From the NCBI RefSeq assembly GCF_044704955.1, contig NC_091980.1, positions 25,358,001 to 25,422,000 of the forward strand: a DNA stretch of 64,000 nucleotides. Direction: 5' to 3'. The position numbers were made by a program, and so were the translations under genes. The notes beneath the pieces are model-generated. The model had not been told where the DNA came from. It worked only from the letters and a program-made list of their open reading frames with translations, and made no database searches. The stretch is from Pristiophorus japonicus (lineage: Eukaryota). Shown piece by piece: positions 12,683 through 24,469 of this stretch. How positions within the stretch are numbered: the stretch's first letter is position 1; each line of letters starts with the position of its first letter.

Positions 12683-13625
12683 CTTTGCAGATGATACTAA
12701 ACTGGGTGGTGTTGTGAGCTGTGAGGAGGACGCTAAGAGGCTGCAGGGTGATTTGGACAGGTTAGGCGAGTGGGAAAATACATGACAGATGCAGTATAAT
12801 GTGGATAAATGTGACGTTATCCACTTTGGGGGCAAAAACACAAAGGCAGAATATTATCTGAATGGTGGCAGATTAGGAAAAGGGGAAGTGCAGCGGGACC
12901 TGGTTGTCATGATTCATCAGTCATTGAAGGTTGGCATGCAGGTACAGCAGGCGGTGAAGAAGGCAAATGGTATGTTGGCCTTCATAGCTAGTGGATTTGA
13001 GTATAGGAGCAGGGATGTCTTACTGTAGTTGTACAGGGCCTTGGTGAGGCCCCACCTGGAATATTGTGTTCAGTTTTGGTCTCCTAATCTGAGGAAGGAC
13101 GTTCTTGCTATTGAGGGAGTGCAGCGAAGGTTCACCAGACTGATTCCTGGAATGGCAGGACTGACATATGAGGAGAGACTGGATCAACTGGGCCTTTATA
13201 CACTGGAGTTTAGAAGGATGAGAGGGGATCTCATAGAAACATATAAAATTCTGACGGAACTGGACAGGTTAGATGCAGGAAGAATGTTCCCGATGATGGG
13301 GAAGTCCAGAACCAGGGGACACAGTCTTAGAATAAGGCATAAGCCATTTAGGACTGAGATGAGGAGAAACTTCTTCACTCAGAGAGTTGTTAACCTGTGG
13401 AATTCCCTACCGCAGAGAGCTGTTGATGCCGTTTCATTGGATATATTCAAGAGGGAGTTAGATATGGCCCTTGCAGCTAAAGGGATCAAGGGGTGTGGAG
13501 AGAAAGCAGGAACGGGGTACTGAAGGAATGATCAGCCATGATCTTATTGAATGGTGGTGCAGGCTCGAAGGGCCGGATGGCCTACTCCTGCACCTATTTT
13601 CTATGTTTCTATGTTTCTATGTTTC
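12683..13625 (+). mobile_element. CR1 3' half
   Basis: FADD onward, ORFs 12789-13523, (TTTCTATG)3 tail. Confidence 0.92.
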
Positions 13626-13629
13626 TTTA

Positions 13630-13960
13630 CTAGTGACCACGTGTATTCTGACCTCGTGTCCCGACCTCACTGCTGGTCTGTGCTGAGCCTTTCCTGGGTC
13701 CCGCCCTCTCTGCTGGCAAACCTCACCACCCACTGATTCCCGCCGAGCCTTCAATCCTCGCCGTCCACCGCTTCCGGCCAATCCTCCAATCCTTGCCGCC
13801 TGTCGATCCTCACCGATTCTCGAATCCTCGCCGCCCGTCGATTCCTGCCGATCCCCCGCTTCTCGCCATCCACCGATTCCTGCTGATTTGCAATTCCCGC
13901 TACCCACCGATTATCACCGCCTGTGGCACCCCGGCTCCCGGTGCCGCATTTTTTACTGGT
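13630..13960. repeat. Degenerate GC-rich minisatellite
   Basis: gtcccgacctc and ccgattc/atcctcgccg recurring motifs. Confidence 0.5.
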
Positions 13961-14009
13961 TTCCTCGTACATCTCCGCCTGATTTAGTCGAATTGGGGCC
14001 TCCGCCATC

Positions 14010-14740
14010 CATACTCCACGACTTACATCGTACTACTATCATTACCCAGGAACTCAGACACTATGACATCGACATCGCTGTCCTGAGCAAGACACGGAGG
14101 GCAGGAGAAGGTCAGCTCAAGGACCAAGGTGGTAGATACACTTTCTTCTTGAAAGGTAAAGCAGAAGAAGAATGTCATCTCCATGGGGTTGGCTTCACCT
14201 TCGAGAATGAGCTAGTTTGGTGCCTTAGAGATTCCCCCTACAGGATAAACGAACGCCTCATGGTCCTTCGGCTCACCCTAACCCGGAATCAGTATGCTAC
14301 GGTCATCAGTGCGTACGTCCCAACCCTGGAAGCTACAGACTAGGCCAAAGAGAGATTCTACTCCAGCCTTGAACAATCCCTGTCCCGAATCCCAACGGGC
14401 AACAATCTGATTCGCCTTGGCGACTTTAATGCTAGAGTTGGAAAGGACACAGACCAATGGAGAGGGGTGTTTGGCAGGGAAGGGATAGGGAAAATCAACT
14501 CCAATGGTATCTTCCTCCTGACAAAATGCTCAGAACATGGGCTTGTCATAGCTAACACCTTGTTTGGTAAATACAAGGCCTCCTGGCATCTGCTAGACTA
14601 CGTCATCATCTGAGTGAGGGACTGCAAGGCCGTCCGCATCACTCGCGCCATGACAGGATCTGATGACTGCTGGACTGACTACCGGCTAATCCGTTTGGTG
14701 ATCCATCAATGTAGCCTCAAAATGCCGTGGCAACAGAACC
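14010..14740 (+). mobile_element. RTE endonuclease fragment
   Basis: ELRHYDIDIAVLSKTR, VISAYVPT, LGDFNARVG. Confidence 0.85.
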
Positions 14741-14801
14741 ATTCTTGATGTTTTCTGCTAGAGTAACCAAGAGTCTCTTCGCAGATGCTAATTATGTTGG
14801 A

Positions 14802-15080
14802 TGAGGGCAGACCGGGCACTATGAACACTCTGTGGCTCCGGTTCATTGGAGGTCGCCAGATTGTCTATGAGGCATTGGCTGACTATGGCTTTCTTTGCAG
14901 GGTCTTTGAGTGCTTCAGTATTGATCCTTTTGCGGCAGTCTTTGAGTTGCTGCCAGCATTGTGAGGCTACATTGATAGAGATATCAGAGCGGATTAGCCG
15001 GTGGTCAGTCCAGCAGTCGTCAGCTCCTTTCATGGCGCGTGCGATGCTGATGTCCTTGCGGTCCCTCACTCAGATGATGA
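14802..15080 (-). mobile_element. RTE fragment (end of endonuclease)
   Basis: DDCWTDHRLI motif. Confidence 0.8.
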
Positions 15081-15149
15081 AGGAAGGATATACTAGGTTG
15101 CAGAGGGGTGTCAGGTGCAAAGCGGATAGTCCTTGTCACCGAGCAGCCA

Positions 15150-15500
15150 CCCTCGGGTTTGACGTGATAGCTGAAGGATTTCTGACTGCTGCCAGGACAG
15201 CGGGCATTCACCAGCATGATGCCCTGGACATGGTCGCACAACAACTGTACATTAAGTGAGTGGCAGCCTTTGTGGTTACAGAACATCTCAGGATTGGTAT
15301 ACGTGCCGGCAAAGCTATGTGTGTGCAGTCAATGGTGCCCTTGGCCATGGGGAAGTCTGCTATCCTGGTAAGGCCACTTGCAAGCTCCTCCTGCTTCTCT
15401 CTGTTCACAGGGAACACAATGAAGTTCCTTCTCCTGGAGTAGAGAGTCTCTGTGACCTCCCGGATTCAGCGATGGACGGCAAAGTGGAAGCTAATACTTT
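15150..15500 (-). mobile_element. Harbinger transposase relic
   Basis: GTIDCTHIAL, homologous to the GAIHCTHIVI segment at ~52130. Confidence 0.7.
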
Positions 15501-15862
15501 CAGGCTGGTAGTCCAGTACTGTAGTCAGCACAATAATGTTTCTGTTTGTTGAATTACTTTAATATTTGTTGTTTCTAGTTCTGCAGTCTGAAAGCAGTTC
15601 CTACTAGGAACAGACCGACAGCACAATTTCTTCTCTAATTTGACAATAATTGGCAATCTACTTAGAGACGCCAAAAGCTGTATGTGTGTGGCAAATGGAA
15701 AAATGGCTCATGGGGCATCAATGGGTGATCGTCGGAGGTTGGTGATGGCGCACTTTGACATTATGAGGAGCTTTACACGAGGAGTGCCTGAGGCTGACAT
15801 TACATGCCGAAATGTAATGGGCTGGAAATTCGGTCACGCCTCTGTTGCGGCGTTAATCCAGG

Positions 15863-17050
15863 TGAGGGCAGACCAGGCACTGTGGACATGCTACGTCTCC
15901 AGTTGACTGGAAGTCATTAGGTTGGTTGTGAGGCGCTGGCTGAATAGGGCTTTCTTAGCAAGGTCTTTGAGTGCTCCAGCGTTGATTTTCCTACGGCAGC
16001 ATTTCTGTTGCGGCCGCTATTTTGGGGCTACATTGATGGAAATGACAATACGGATTAGGCGGTAGTAAGTCCAGCAGTTGTCAGCTCGTGTCATGGCGTG
16101 GGTGATGTGGACATCCTTGCCGTGCCTCGTTCAGATGATGATGTCGTCTAGCAGATGCCAGTGCTTGGAACGACGGTGTTGCTATGAAGCCTTGCACTTG
16201 TCACTCCAATGGAACAAGGTATTGGATATGACAAGAGCATGTTATAAGCATTTGGTCTGGAGGATGGTAGCATTGGAGTTGGGCTTTCCCTACCCTCTGC
16301 CGATCACACCTCCCCAGAGGTCTGTGTCCTTTCTAACTCTGGCGCTAAAGTCGCCGAGGAGGATCAGCTGTCGCCGGGTGGGACTCGGGTCAGGGATTGT
16401 TCGAGGCTGGTGTCGAATTCTTCTTTGGTCTCGTCTGTAGCTTCCAGTGTTGGGACATACGCACTGATGACTGTAGCGCACTGGTTCCGGGCTAGAGTGT
16501 GCTGAAGGATCAGGAAGCGTCCGTTTATCCTGCAAGGGGATTCTCTGAGATGCCCAATTAGCTCACTTTTCATGGCAAAGCTTATCCCATAGAGGCGGTG
16601 TTCTTTTTCGGGTTTACCTTTCCAGAAGAAGGTGTAACCATCACCTTGTTCCTGGAGCTGGTTTCCCCCTGCCCTCTGAGTCTCGCTTAGGGCAGCAACG
16701 TCTATGTCGAATTGTCTGAGTTCCCGGGCAACGATAGCAGTACGGCATTCCAGTCTGTCGCTGTTGGGGTTATCCATGAGTGTCCTGATGTTCCAGGTCC
16801 CAAACTTCATTTTAAAGTGTGGAAGATGCCTGTGCGTGATTTCCTTTAACGTGGGGTGGCCGTTGCACACCAGCTACCACACGGGCTTGACAGAGCAAGG
16901 TCTTGGTCCAGTGGCAAGGGCATTAAAGATGATTGGAGACTGGGCTCCACTGCATGGGCCTAGTACACACAAACACACATACTCCTTCTGTCGTCCTTCC
17001 TCTTTCCCACAGGTCCTCTCTCCCTGGTTTTCATAGGATGCAGTGTAGGA
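15863..17050 (-). mobile_element. RTE 5' UTR plus endonuclease
   Basis: MKFGTWNIRTLMDNPNSDR...DIDVAALSET...LGDFSARV. Confidence 0.9.
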
Positions 17051-17603
17051 CTCCTGATCTCGCTCTTGGCCCATGCTGCGTCTTCCATGGGCCATGACCC
17101 CACTGCTAGTCCAGGCTGCGCCACTCCTGGGTCTCGACCTCAATGCTCCTGTCGACCTTATTGCTGGGTCCCGACCTCACTCCTGGGTCCCGCCCTCGCT
17201 CCTGGGTCCTGCCCTCGCTCCTGGGTCCCGCCCTCGCTACTGGGTCCCGACCTCGCTCCTGGGTCCCACCCTCGCTCCTGGGTCCCGACCTTGCACCTGA
17301 GTCCCGACCTCGCTCCTGGGTCCCGAACTCACTCCTGGGTCCCGCCCTCGCTCCTGGGTCCCGCCCTCGCTCCTGGGTCCCGACCTCGCTCCTGGGTCCA
17401 GCCCTCACACCTGCGTCCCGACCTCGCTCCTGTAATCGGACCTCGCACCTGGGTCCTGACATCGTTCCTGTGACCGTACCTCGCTCCTGGGTCCCGAACT
17501 CCCTCCTGAATCCTGACCTTGCTCCTGGATCCTGACCTCGCACCTGGGTCCTGACCTTGCTCCTGGGACCAAACCTTGCTGGCCCTCCGAACCTCGCTCC
17601 TGG
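17050..17603. repeat. 19-bp minisatellite (CCTCGCTCCTGGGTCCCGA)n
   Basis: More than 20 tandem degenerate units, directly upstream of the minus-strand RTE 5' UTR. Confidence 0.92.
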
Positions 17604-19835
17604 GTCCAGTGCCTGGTCTGCCCTCAAAGCCTCCGTAATTAGCACCTGTGATGAGACGCTTGGTCATTTCACCAGGAAACATCAAGACTGGCTTGACGAA
17701 AACAACCAAGAGATCCAGGAGCTAATAAGCCGCAAGCGCAAGGCATTCTTGAACTGTAAACAGCCACACAACTTGAGAGCAAGAAAGCAGCTCTATAGAC
17801 ATCTGAAGGCCAAGTTCCAACTTAAAAGTCGCGACCTAAAGAACAGATGGTGGGTGGAAAAAGAGCTGGAGATCCAGCAACAATCTGACAACCACGACGT
17901 GCGTGGATTCTTTATTGTAGTCAAGACCACCTACGGCCCAAGCACCCAACATTCTACCCCATTGAGGGTCAAGAAGGAAGAGGTACTCATCAAGGACAGA
18001 GAGGCAGTCAGTGCCCATGGAAGGAGCATTTCGAAGATATCCGTAAACGAGACTCTGTCTTTGACGCGAGTGGCCTTGACTCCATCCTGCTGCACGCTAC
18101 CCGTCACCACGTCAGCACAACCCCAGCCCGGCATGAGGTTGAAAAGGCCATCTGACAACTGAAGAACAACAAGGTCTCAGGAGCAGATGGAATCCCCGCC
18201 GAAGCACTAAAGCATGGCAGAGAAGCACTATTGGCATGATTCCATGAATTAATTTCTCTTATTTGGAAGGAAGTGAGTAGGCCAGGGGATCTCAGAGAAT
18301 TGTGGCCATCTTCAAGAAAGGTGACAAGTCCAATTGCAGTAAATACAGACGATTTTCTCTGCTGTCTGGCACAGGGAAAGTCTTCACAAGAATCCCCTTC
18401 AATCACCTTCTCCCAGTGGCTGAAGAGCTCCTCACAGAGTCGCAATGCGGATTCCGCCCACTAAGGGGCACAATGGACATGATCTTCACTGTGCACCAAA
18501 TTGAAGAAAAGAGCAGGGAGCAGCACCAGCCTCTGTACATGGCCTTCTTTGGCCTCACAAACTGGGAGGGATTATGGATTGTCCTCCTCAAGCTCGGCTG
18601 GCCTCAAAAGTTCGGCACAATCCTCCAGCTGTTTCACGATGACATGCAAGCCGTGATACTGACTAACGGATCCAACACAGACTCAATACACGAGTGGACC
18701 ATGTCAAGCAAGGCTGTGTCATCGCACCAATGCTCTTCTCAATCTTCCTTGCTGCAATGCTCCATCTCAACCTCAATAAGCTCCCCGCTGGAGTGGAGAT
18801 AATCTACAGAACAAACGGGATACTGTTCAACCATTGTCCCCTCCAGTCCAGGTCAAAGCTCATCCCAGCATCTTTCATTGAATTACGGTATGGAAACGAC
18901 GGTTGCATTTGTGCACTCAGAGGTCGAACTCCAAACCATCGTCAATACTTTCACCGAAGCATAAGAGAGTACACTAAACATCAGTAAGACAAAGGTTCTC
19001 TACCAACCTGTCCCCACCACACAGTACTGCCCCGTGATTATCACGATCCATGACGAGGCCTTGGACAATGTGGACCATTTTCCACACCTTGGCAGCCTAT
19101 TGGCAACAAGGGCAGATTTAGATAACGAAGTCCAACACAACCTTCAGTGTGGCAATGCAGTCTTCGATCATCTGAGGAAGAGAGTGCTTCAAGAGCATAA
19201 CCTCAAACCCAGCACCAAGCTCATGCTCTACAGAGCAGTGGTGTTATCCACCCTCCTAGATGCTACAGAGATATCGGTTATGTACAGCAGGCACCTCAAA
19301 GCACCGGAGAAGTGTCACCAATGCTGCCTCTGCAAGATCCTGCAAATCCATTGGCAGGATAGGTGCTCAGGCCAACATCCCCAGCATCGAAGCATTGACC
19401 TCGCTAGTTCAGCTCTGACGGATAGGCCACATCGTCCGCATGCCCGATACTAGACTCCCAAAACAAGTGCTCTGCTCAGAGCTCCAACACGGCAAGCGAG
19501 CCCCAGGTGGGCAGAGGAAACACCACAAGTGCACCCTCAAAGCCTCCTTGAAAAAGTGAAACATCCCCACCCACACTGGGAATCCCTGGCCCAAGACCAC
19601 TCAAAGTGGAGGAGAAGCATCCGGGAAGTCTTTTCGCAGGCAGCACACCGAAGCCAAGCGCAAACAGTGGAAGGAGCACACGACAATCCAAGCCCCACCC
19701 ATCCGTCCCTCCAGCCACCGTCTACTCCACCTGTGACAGAGAATGTCGGTCCCGTATTGGACTCATCAGTCACCTGAGAGCTCACATTAAGTGGGAACAA
19801 GTCATCCTCGTTTCCGATGGATTGCCTAAGAAGAA
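17604..19835 (+). mobile_element. RTE LINE RT and C-terminal part
   Basis: ESQCGFRPLRGTMDMIF, VKQGCVIAPMLF, C-terminal SRIGLISHLR; frameshifted. Confidence 0.9.
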
Positions 19836-22800
19836 GAGGAGCAGTAAATTTTTGAACTGGGAAATGGTTTGCGTCCCCAGCCGCAAAATTCACCAGCTGA
19901 GCCCTGAGTGTGGAGCGGAGCACTAAGGGAGGCGATCCATCATTCTATTTCAGCTGAGCAAATAAAAATCCCGAGGTAAACAGCTGGCCTCTGCGCACTC
20001 TCAGAGAGGATTCAGTGGGGAAAAAAATCTGAAAAAAAACACTAAAAACAGACCTAGTATTTTACTGACACCACATCTGCATGAATCGCAAAAATAAGAA
20101 AATTAAAACAATCGCATTTATCCCAGGTAGACATTCCTTCCCTCATTGCGGCTGATACAACTGGAACCGCCAGCTTTCACAGGCGATCCCACTAGGGGGC
20201 GCTACAGATCGGGCAAGGTTCAAATTTAGACTTGGTGTTGCAACCAGGGGTGTTGCACACCAGCTCGCCTCTCCCAGGAGGTACTGCTCCGTGCCCCCAC
20301 AACCCAGGCTCCAAATGTCCCGATGGGACACTGGATGATGGCCGTCTGCCCGAAAATGTTCCTGCACCATTACCATCCCTCCGGGGCAAAAACAGAGGTG
20401 GCAATGAACCGAAAATATAGCCCAATGAGTTTTATAATCCAGCATTAACATTTGTCACCTTGAAGAACACAAAAATAAGAAAAACAAATAGCAATATTTG
20501 GCTTCACTAGCTGGTGAATTTTTCTGAAAAGCGATCGATCCGTAATGAATATCTTCTCTTTCTGTGTCTGCAGGGAATAAGATGGAAATAAAGGATGTGT
20601 ATCTATATATATCGTGGCTGAACATATCCCAAAGCAAGTAATGAATTACTTTCAAAGTGGAAGTACTGTTGGCAGATAAACAAACACCATTCAAGGTCCC
20701 GAAAGCAGGAAATGAGACAACAACCAATTAATCTTTTGTGGGGATGGTGGTTGAGGGAAGAATTTTGTCAGGATAACACCGTGCTCATCGTCAATAGATA
20801 CAATGATATCTTTAACATTCACCAAAAAGGTCTCAACTGAAAGACAGCACTTTCGAAAATGCAGTAATCCCCTGAAGTGTCAGTAAAGAGTACAGGCTCG
20901 ATGGACAGAATGGCCTCCTTATGTGCTTTAACCATTCTATGATTCAATGATTCTATGAAAGTCTGAAGTGGGGCTTGAACCCACAAATGTCTGTCTCCAA
21001 AATGACAATGCTGCCAAGTTGACTCATAGATTGGAGAATCAACAATTCTGTGGCTGCAGATTTACTAAACAATGTAAATTAAAAACATAGCTCACGAATC
21101 ATAATGTCTTTTCCAATTTTATTATCTTTACCCCACCTCTCCTGATTCCCACTGGACTCTGGTTCCACAAATACTGACAGCCCTCCAATATATATCTCAA
21201 ATGTTGATTCTTCATGTGTGAGCCTGGATATGAAGTCTTGGGAAGCGATAGGATCATGTGGAGTCTCGAAGCCGCACGTAATCCTGACATCTGCACTTGT
21301 TGCTACTTGTTTACTTTCTTTTAAAGATTCATATTATTTCTAAACAGCCATGCCTATTGCAAACTTGTGGTATACACAATCAGTAAAGTGACTGAATAAA
21401 TAGATCTGTATTGTGCTTGAAGCCTTTTATACTGGACCAACATCACAAAGATCTATTTTACTGAAGATGGTTCAAGTATTTCAGAGTCTAACATCACATA
21501 TCTGAAGAGCTTCCAAGCCAAAGTATTAAACTGGAACCAACATTTCAACTCAATGAACTTTGACAGTTTCTATGTTAACAATACCTACACAGAGATGATA
21601 GACCATAATATGATAGAATTTTAAATTAAGTTTGATTGTGATTTAGTAAAATCCGAAACTAGAGTTTTCAATCTAAACAAAGCAATCTACGTAGGGATGA
21701 GGGTCGAACTGGCTAACATAGATTGGGAAACTAGATTAAAAGGTATGATGGTAGATGAGCAATGGTTAGCCTTGAAAGAATTAATACATAATTTACAACA
21801 AATATACATTCCTGTAAGGCACAAAAACCCCACAGGAAATGTGGTTCAATCGTGGCTAACAAGAGAAGTTAAAAATATATTGGATCAAAAAAGGAGCAGT
21901 AAACGTGAGGATTGGGAGGATTTTAGAATTCAGCAAAGGGGGATCAAGAAATTGGTGAAGAAAGGGAAAATCAAATATGAGAGTAAACTAGCGAGAGACA
22001 TAAAAACAGACTGTAAAAGCTTCTATGGGTATGTAAAAAGGAAAAGATTAGCAAAAGTAAATGTGAGTACCTTACAGGCTAAGGTAGGAAAAATTATAGT
22101 GGGGAATATGGAAATGGCAGAGAAATTAAAGAAATACTTTGTGTCCATCCTCACAGAAGAAGCCGCAAAAAACCTCCCTGAACTAGTGGAGAACCAAAAG
22201 TCTAGCGAGAATAAGGAACGTAAAGAAATTAATATTAGTAACAAAATAGTACTGGAGAAATTAATGGGACTGGAAGCCAATAAATTCCCTGGGCCTGATG
22301 GCCTGCATCCTAGGGTTTTGAAAGAGGTGGCTATAGAGATAGTGGATGCATTGGTTGTCATCTTCCAAGATTCCATAGATTCTAGAATCTATACAAAGTA
22401 ACCCCATTTTTTTCGAAACGAGGGAGAGAGAAAGCGGGGAACTACAGATCAGTTAATCTGACATCAGTAGTAGGGAAAAAGATAGAATCTATTATTAAGG
22501 ATATGGTAACAGGGTTCTGAGAAAATATTAATAGGATTGGGGAAAGTCAACTTGGATTTATGAAATGGAAATCATGTTTGACAAATCTGTTTGAGTTTTT
22601 TTGAGGTTGTATCTAGCAGAATAGATGAGGGGGAACCAGTGGATGTGGTGTATTTGAATTTTCAGAAGGAATTCGATAAGTTGCCACACAAGAGGTTATT
22701 AAACAAAATTAGTGCTCATGGCATTGGGGGTAGTAATATACTCAAATGGATTGAGGATTGGTTAACCATCAGAAAACAGAGAGCAGGAATAACTGTCATT

Positions 22801-22952
22801 TTCGGGTTGGCAGATTGTAATTAGTGGGGTACCACAAGGATCGGTGCGTGGGCTCCAGCTATTCAGAATTGAAATCAATGAATAGAATGTGAAGACTAAA
22901 TGTTATATATCCAAGTTTGCTGAAGATACAATGCTGGTGGGAATGTAAGTTG
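19273..22952. repeat. Intragenic segmental duplication, copy B
   Basis: Collinear with 1-~2350 (RTE 3' end, MITE, exon, SINE, unique intron) and then with the old CR1 at 2935-2957/6597-6607/8915-~10230, including a shared internal CR1 deletion (gattctagaatctat..aagtaacc). Confidence 0.9.
20511..20567 (-). pseudogene. Duplicated IHYGSI exon with mutated splice donor
   Basis: Same 57 nt as 1266-1322 apart from one synonymous change (ATT/ATC). Acceptor intact, donor GTAGTG changed to CTAGTG. Confidence 0.85.
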
Positions 22953-23170
22953 GAAGTTGTAAGCCTGGAACTCACTGCCTGAAAGCATGGTAGAGGAAAA
23001 ACCCTCACCACATTTAAAAAGTATTTGGAAACACACTTGAAGTGCCGTACACTGCAAGGCTAAGGACCAAGAACTGGAAAGTGGGATTCAGCTGGATAGC
23101 TCCTTTTTCGACTGGCGCAGACACGATTGACTGAATGGCCTCGTTGTGTGCCATAAATTTCTATGATTTT
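22953..23170 (+). mobile_element. CR1 3' end fragment
   Basis: WNSLP-coding segment and 3' UTR matching 36440-36650. Confidence 0.75.
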
Positions 23171-23450
23171 ATAATGTTATACCATCCTAGGATCTAAGCT
23201 TATAAAAGTATCTGAACAACAAGAGTTTGCAATGAAGAACTAACAATAAATGGGCAGTGATTATGAAGGATAAGAAAATGCTTTTGCATCCTGCAGGATA
23301 TTTGGATGTAACAGCACAAAAGCACAACATGTTTGTGCCTGTGTGACTTTTTAAGTGTAACTGAAATTTGCAAAGGGGATTCATAAATGCCATGAACAAA
23401 TGGAGCACAGCACTTGTAAAACGACTATATTATTGGTGTTTAAATGTTAC

Positions 23451-23549
23451 CTTGCATTTGCTGTATTTCATTAGCATTTGAATAAAGCTGAGCTGCATCT
23501 TCTATATTATCTCCTGGTTGTAGAGGTTTCTGTCTTTGATTTCCTAAAC
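23451..23549 (-). CDS. Cytoplasmic exon 1 (LYSN motif)
   Basis: 99 nt, phase 1/1, ...atgaacAG acceptor (an in-frame alternative AG lies 6 nt further in), AAG|GTAACA donor. GLGNQRQKPLQPGDNIEDAAQLYSNANEIQQMQ, in non-repeat sequence. Confidence 0.75.
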
Positions 23550-23689
23550 CTGTTCATATAGAAATCACCAATAAAATGCATTCAGCTTTCCTTATAAATA
23601 TCAGACATTCTAATAAATCAACTCCATTTGACCATTAGTACAGATATGAGACATTCTGACAAAACATAATAAATATCTCTGCAGGCACT

Positions 23690-24370
23690 TGACACAGACT
23701 TGGAGCTACTTGACTTGGTTCAAGCCCTACCACAGAACATGAGCACATAATCTAGACTGAAATTTCAGTGCAATACTGAGGGATTGTCAGCTGCATTGTC
23801 AGAGGTGAATAGGATATTAAACCAATACTCTGTCTGCCTGTTCAGTTGCACGTCAATAATCAAAAGAAAGAAAGACTTGTATTTATACAGTGCCTTTCAT
23901 GACCACCGGACGTCTCAAAGTGCTTTTACAGCCAATGAAGTACTTTTGAAGTGTAGTCACTGTTGTACTGTGGGAAACACGTCAGCTAATTTGCACACAG
24001 CAAACACCCACAAACAGCAATGGGATAATGACCAGATGATCAGCTTTTGTTATGTTGATTGAGTGATAAATATTGGCCAGAACACCGGGGAGAACTCCCC
24101 TGCTCTTCTTCAAAATAGTGGAATCTTTTACGTCCACCTGAGGGGGCAGACGAGTGCACAGAATTCTTCCAGTGCCCCGGCCAAAATGTCTTCATCAACC
24201 AACAGCACCAAGAAACAGACTAAGTGATCATTCCTCTCATTTGTTGTTACAGAATCTTCATTAGTTCCATTTAATTGCTATGTTTGCCTCAATAACAACA
24301 GTAAAGAAATAACAAAAGCAATGTATTGGCTGTGAAGTGCTACAGGAAATCTTGAGGAACTGATAGTATC
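23690..24370. mobile_element. Deu-domain SINEs (SacSINE1/AmnSINE1-like), one nested in inverted orientation
   Basis: gagcacataatctag..cagtgcaatactgaggga core on the + strand; minus-strand copy at ~23870-24150. Confidence 0.65.
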
Positions 24371-24469
24371 TTTTGTGATTAGTAATCCAGAAACTTGGAA
24401 TAATAATCCAAAGAACGGTGTTGAAATCCCACCATGGCAGTTTGAGAATTTGAATTCAGTTTAAAAGGT

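Noticed and set aside
17066-17709. Several overlapping Pro/Gly/Ser-rich ORFs
   Set aside because: Artefacts of a stop-poor 19-bp minisatellite.
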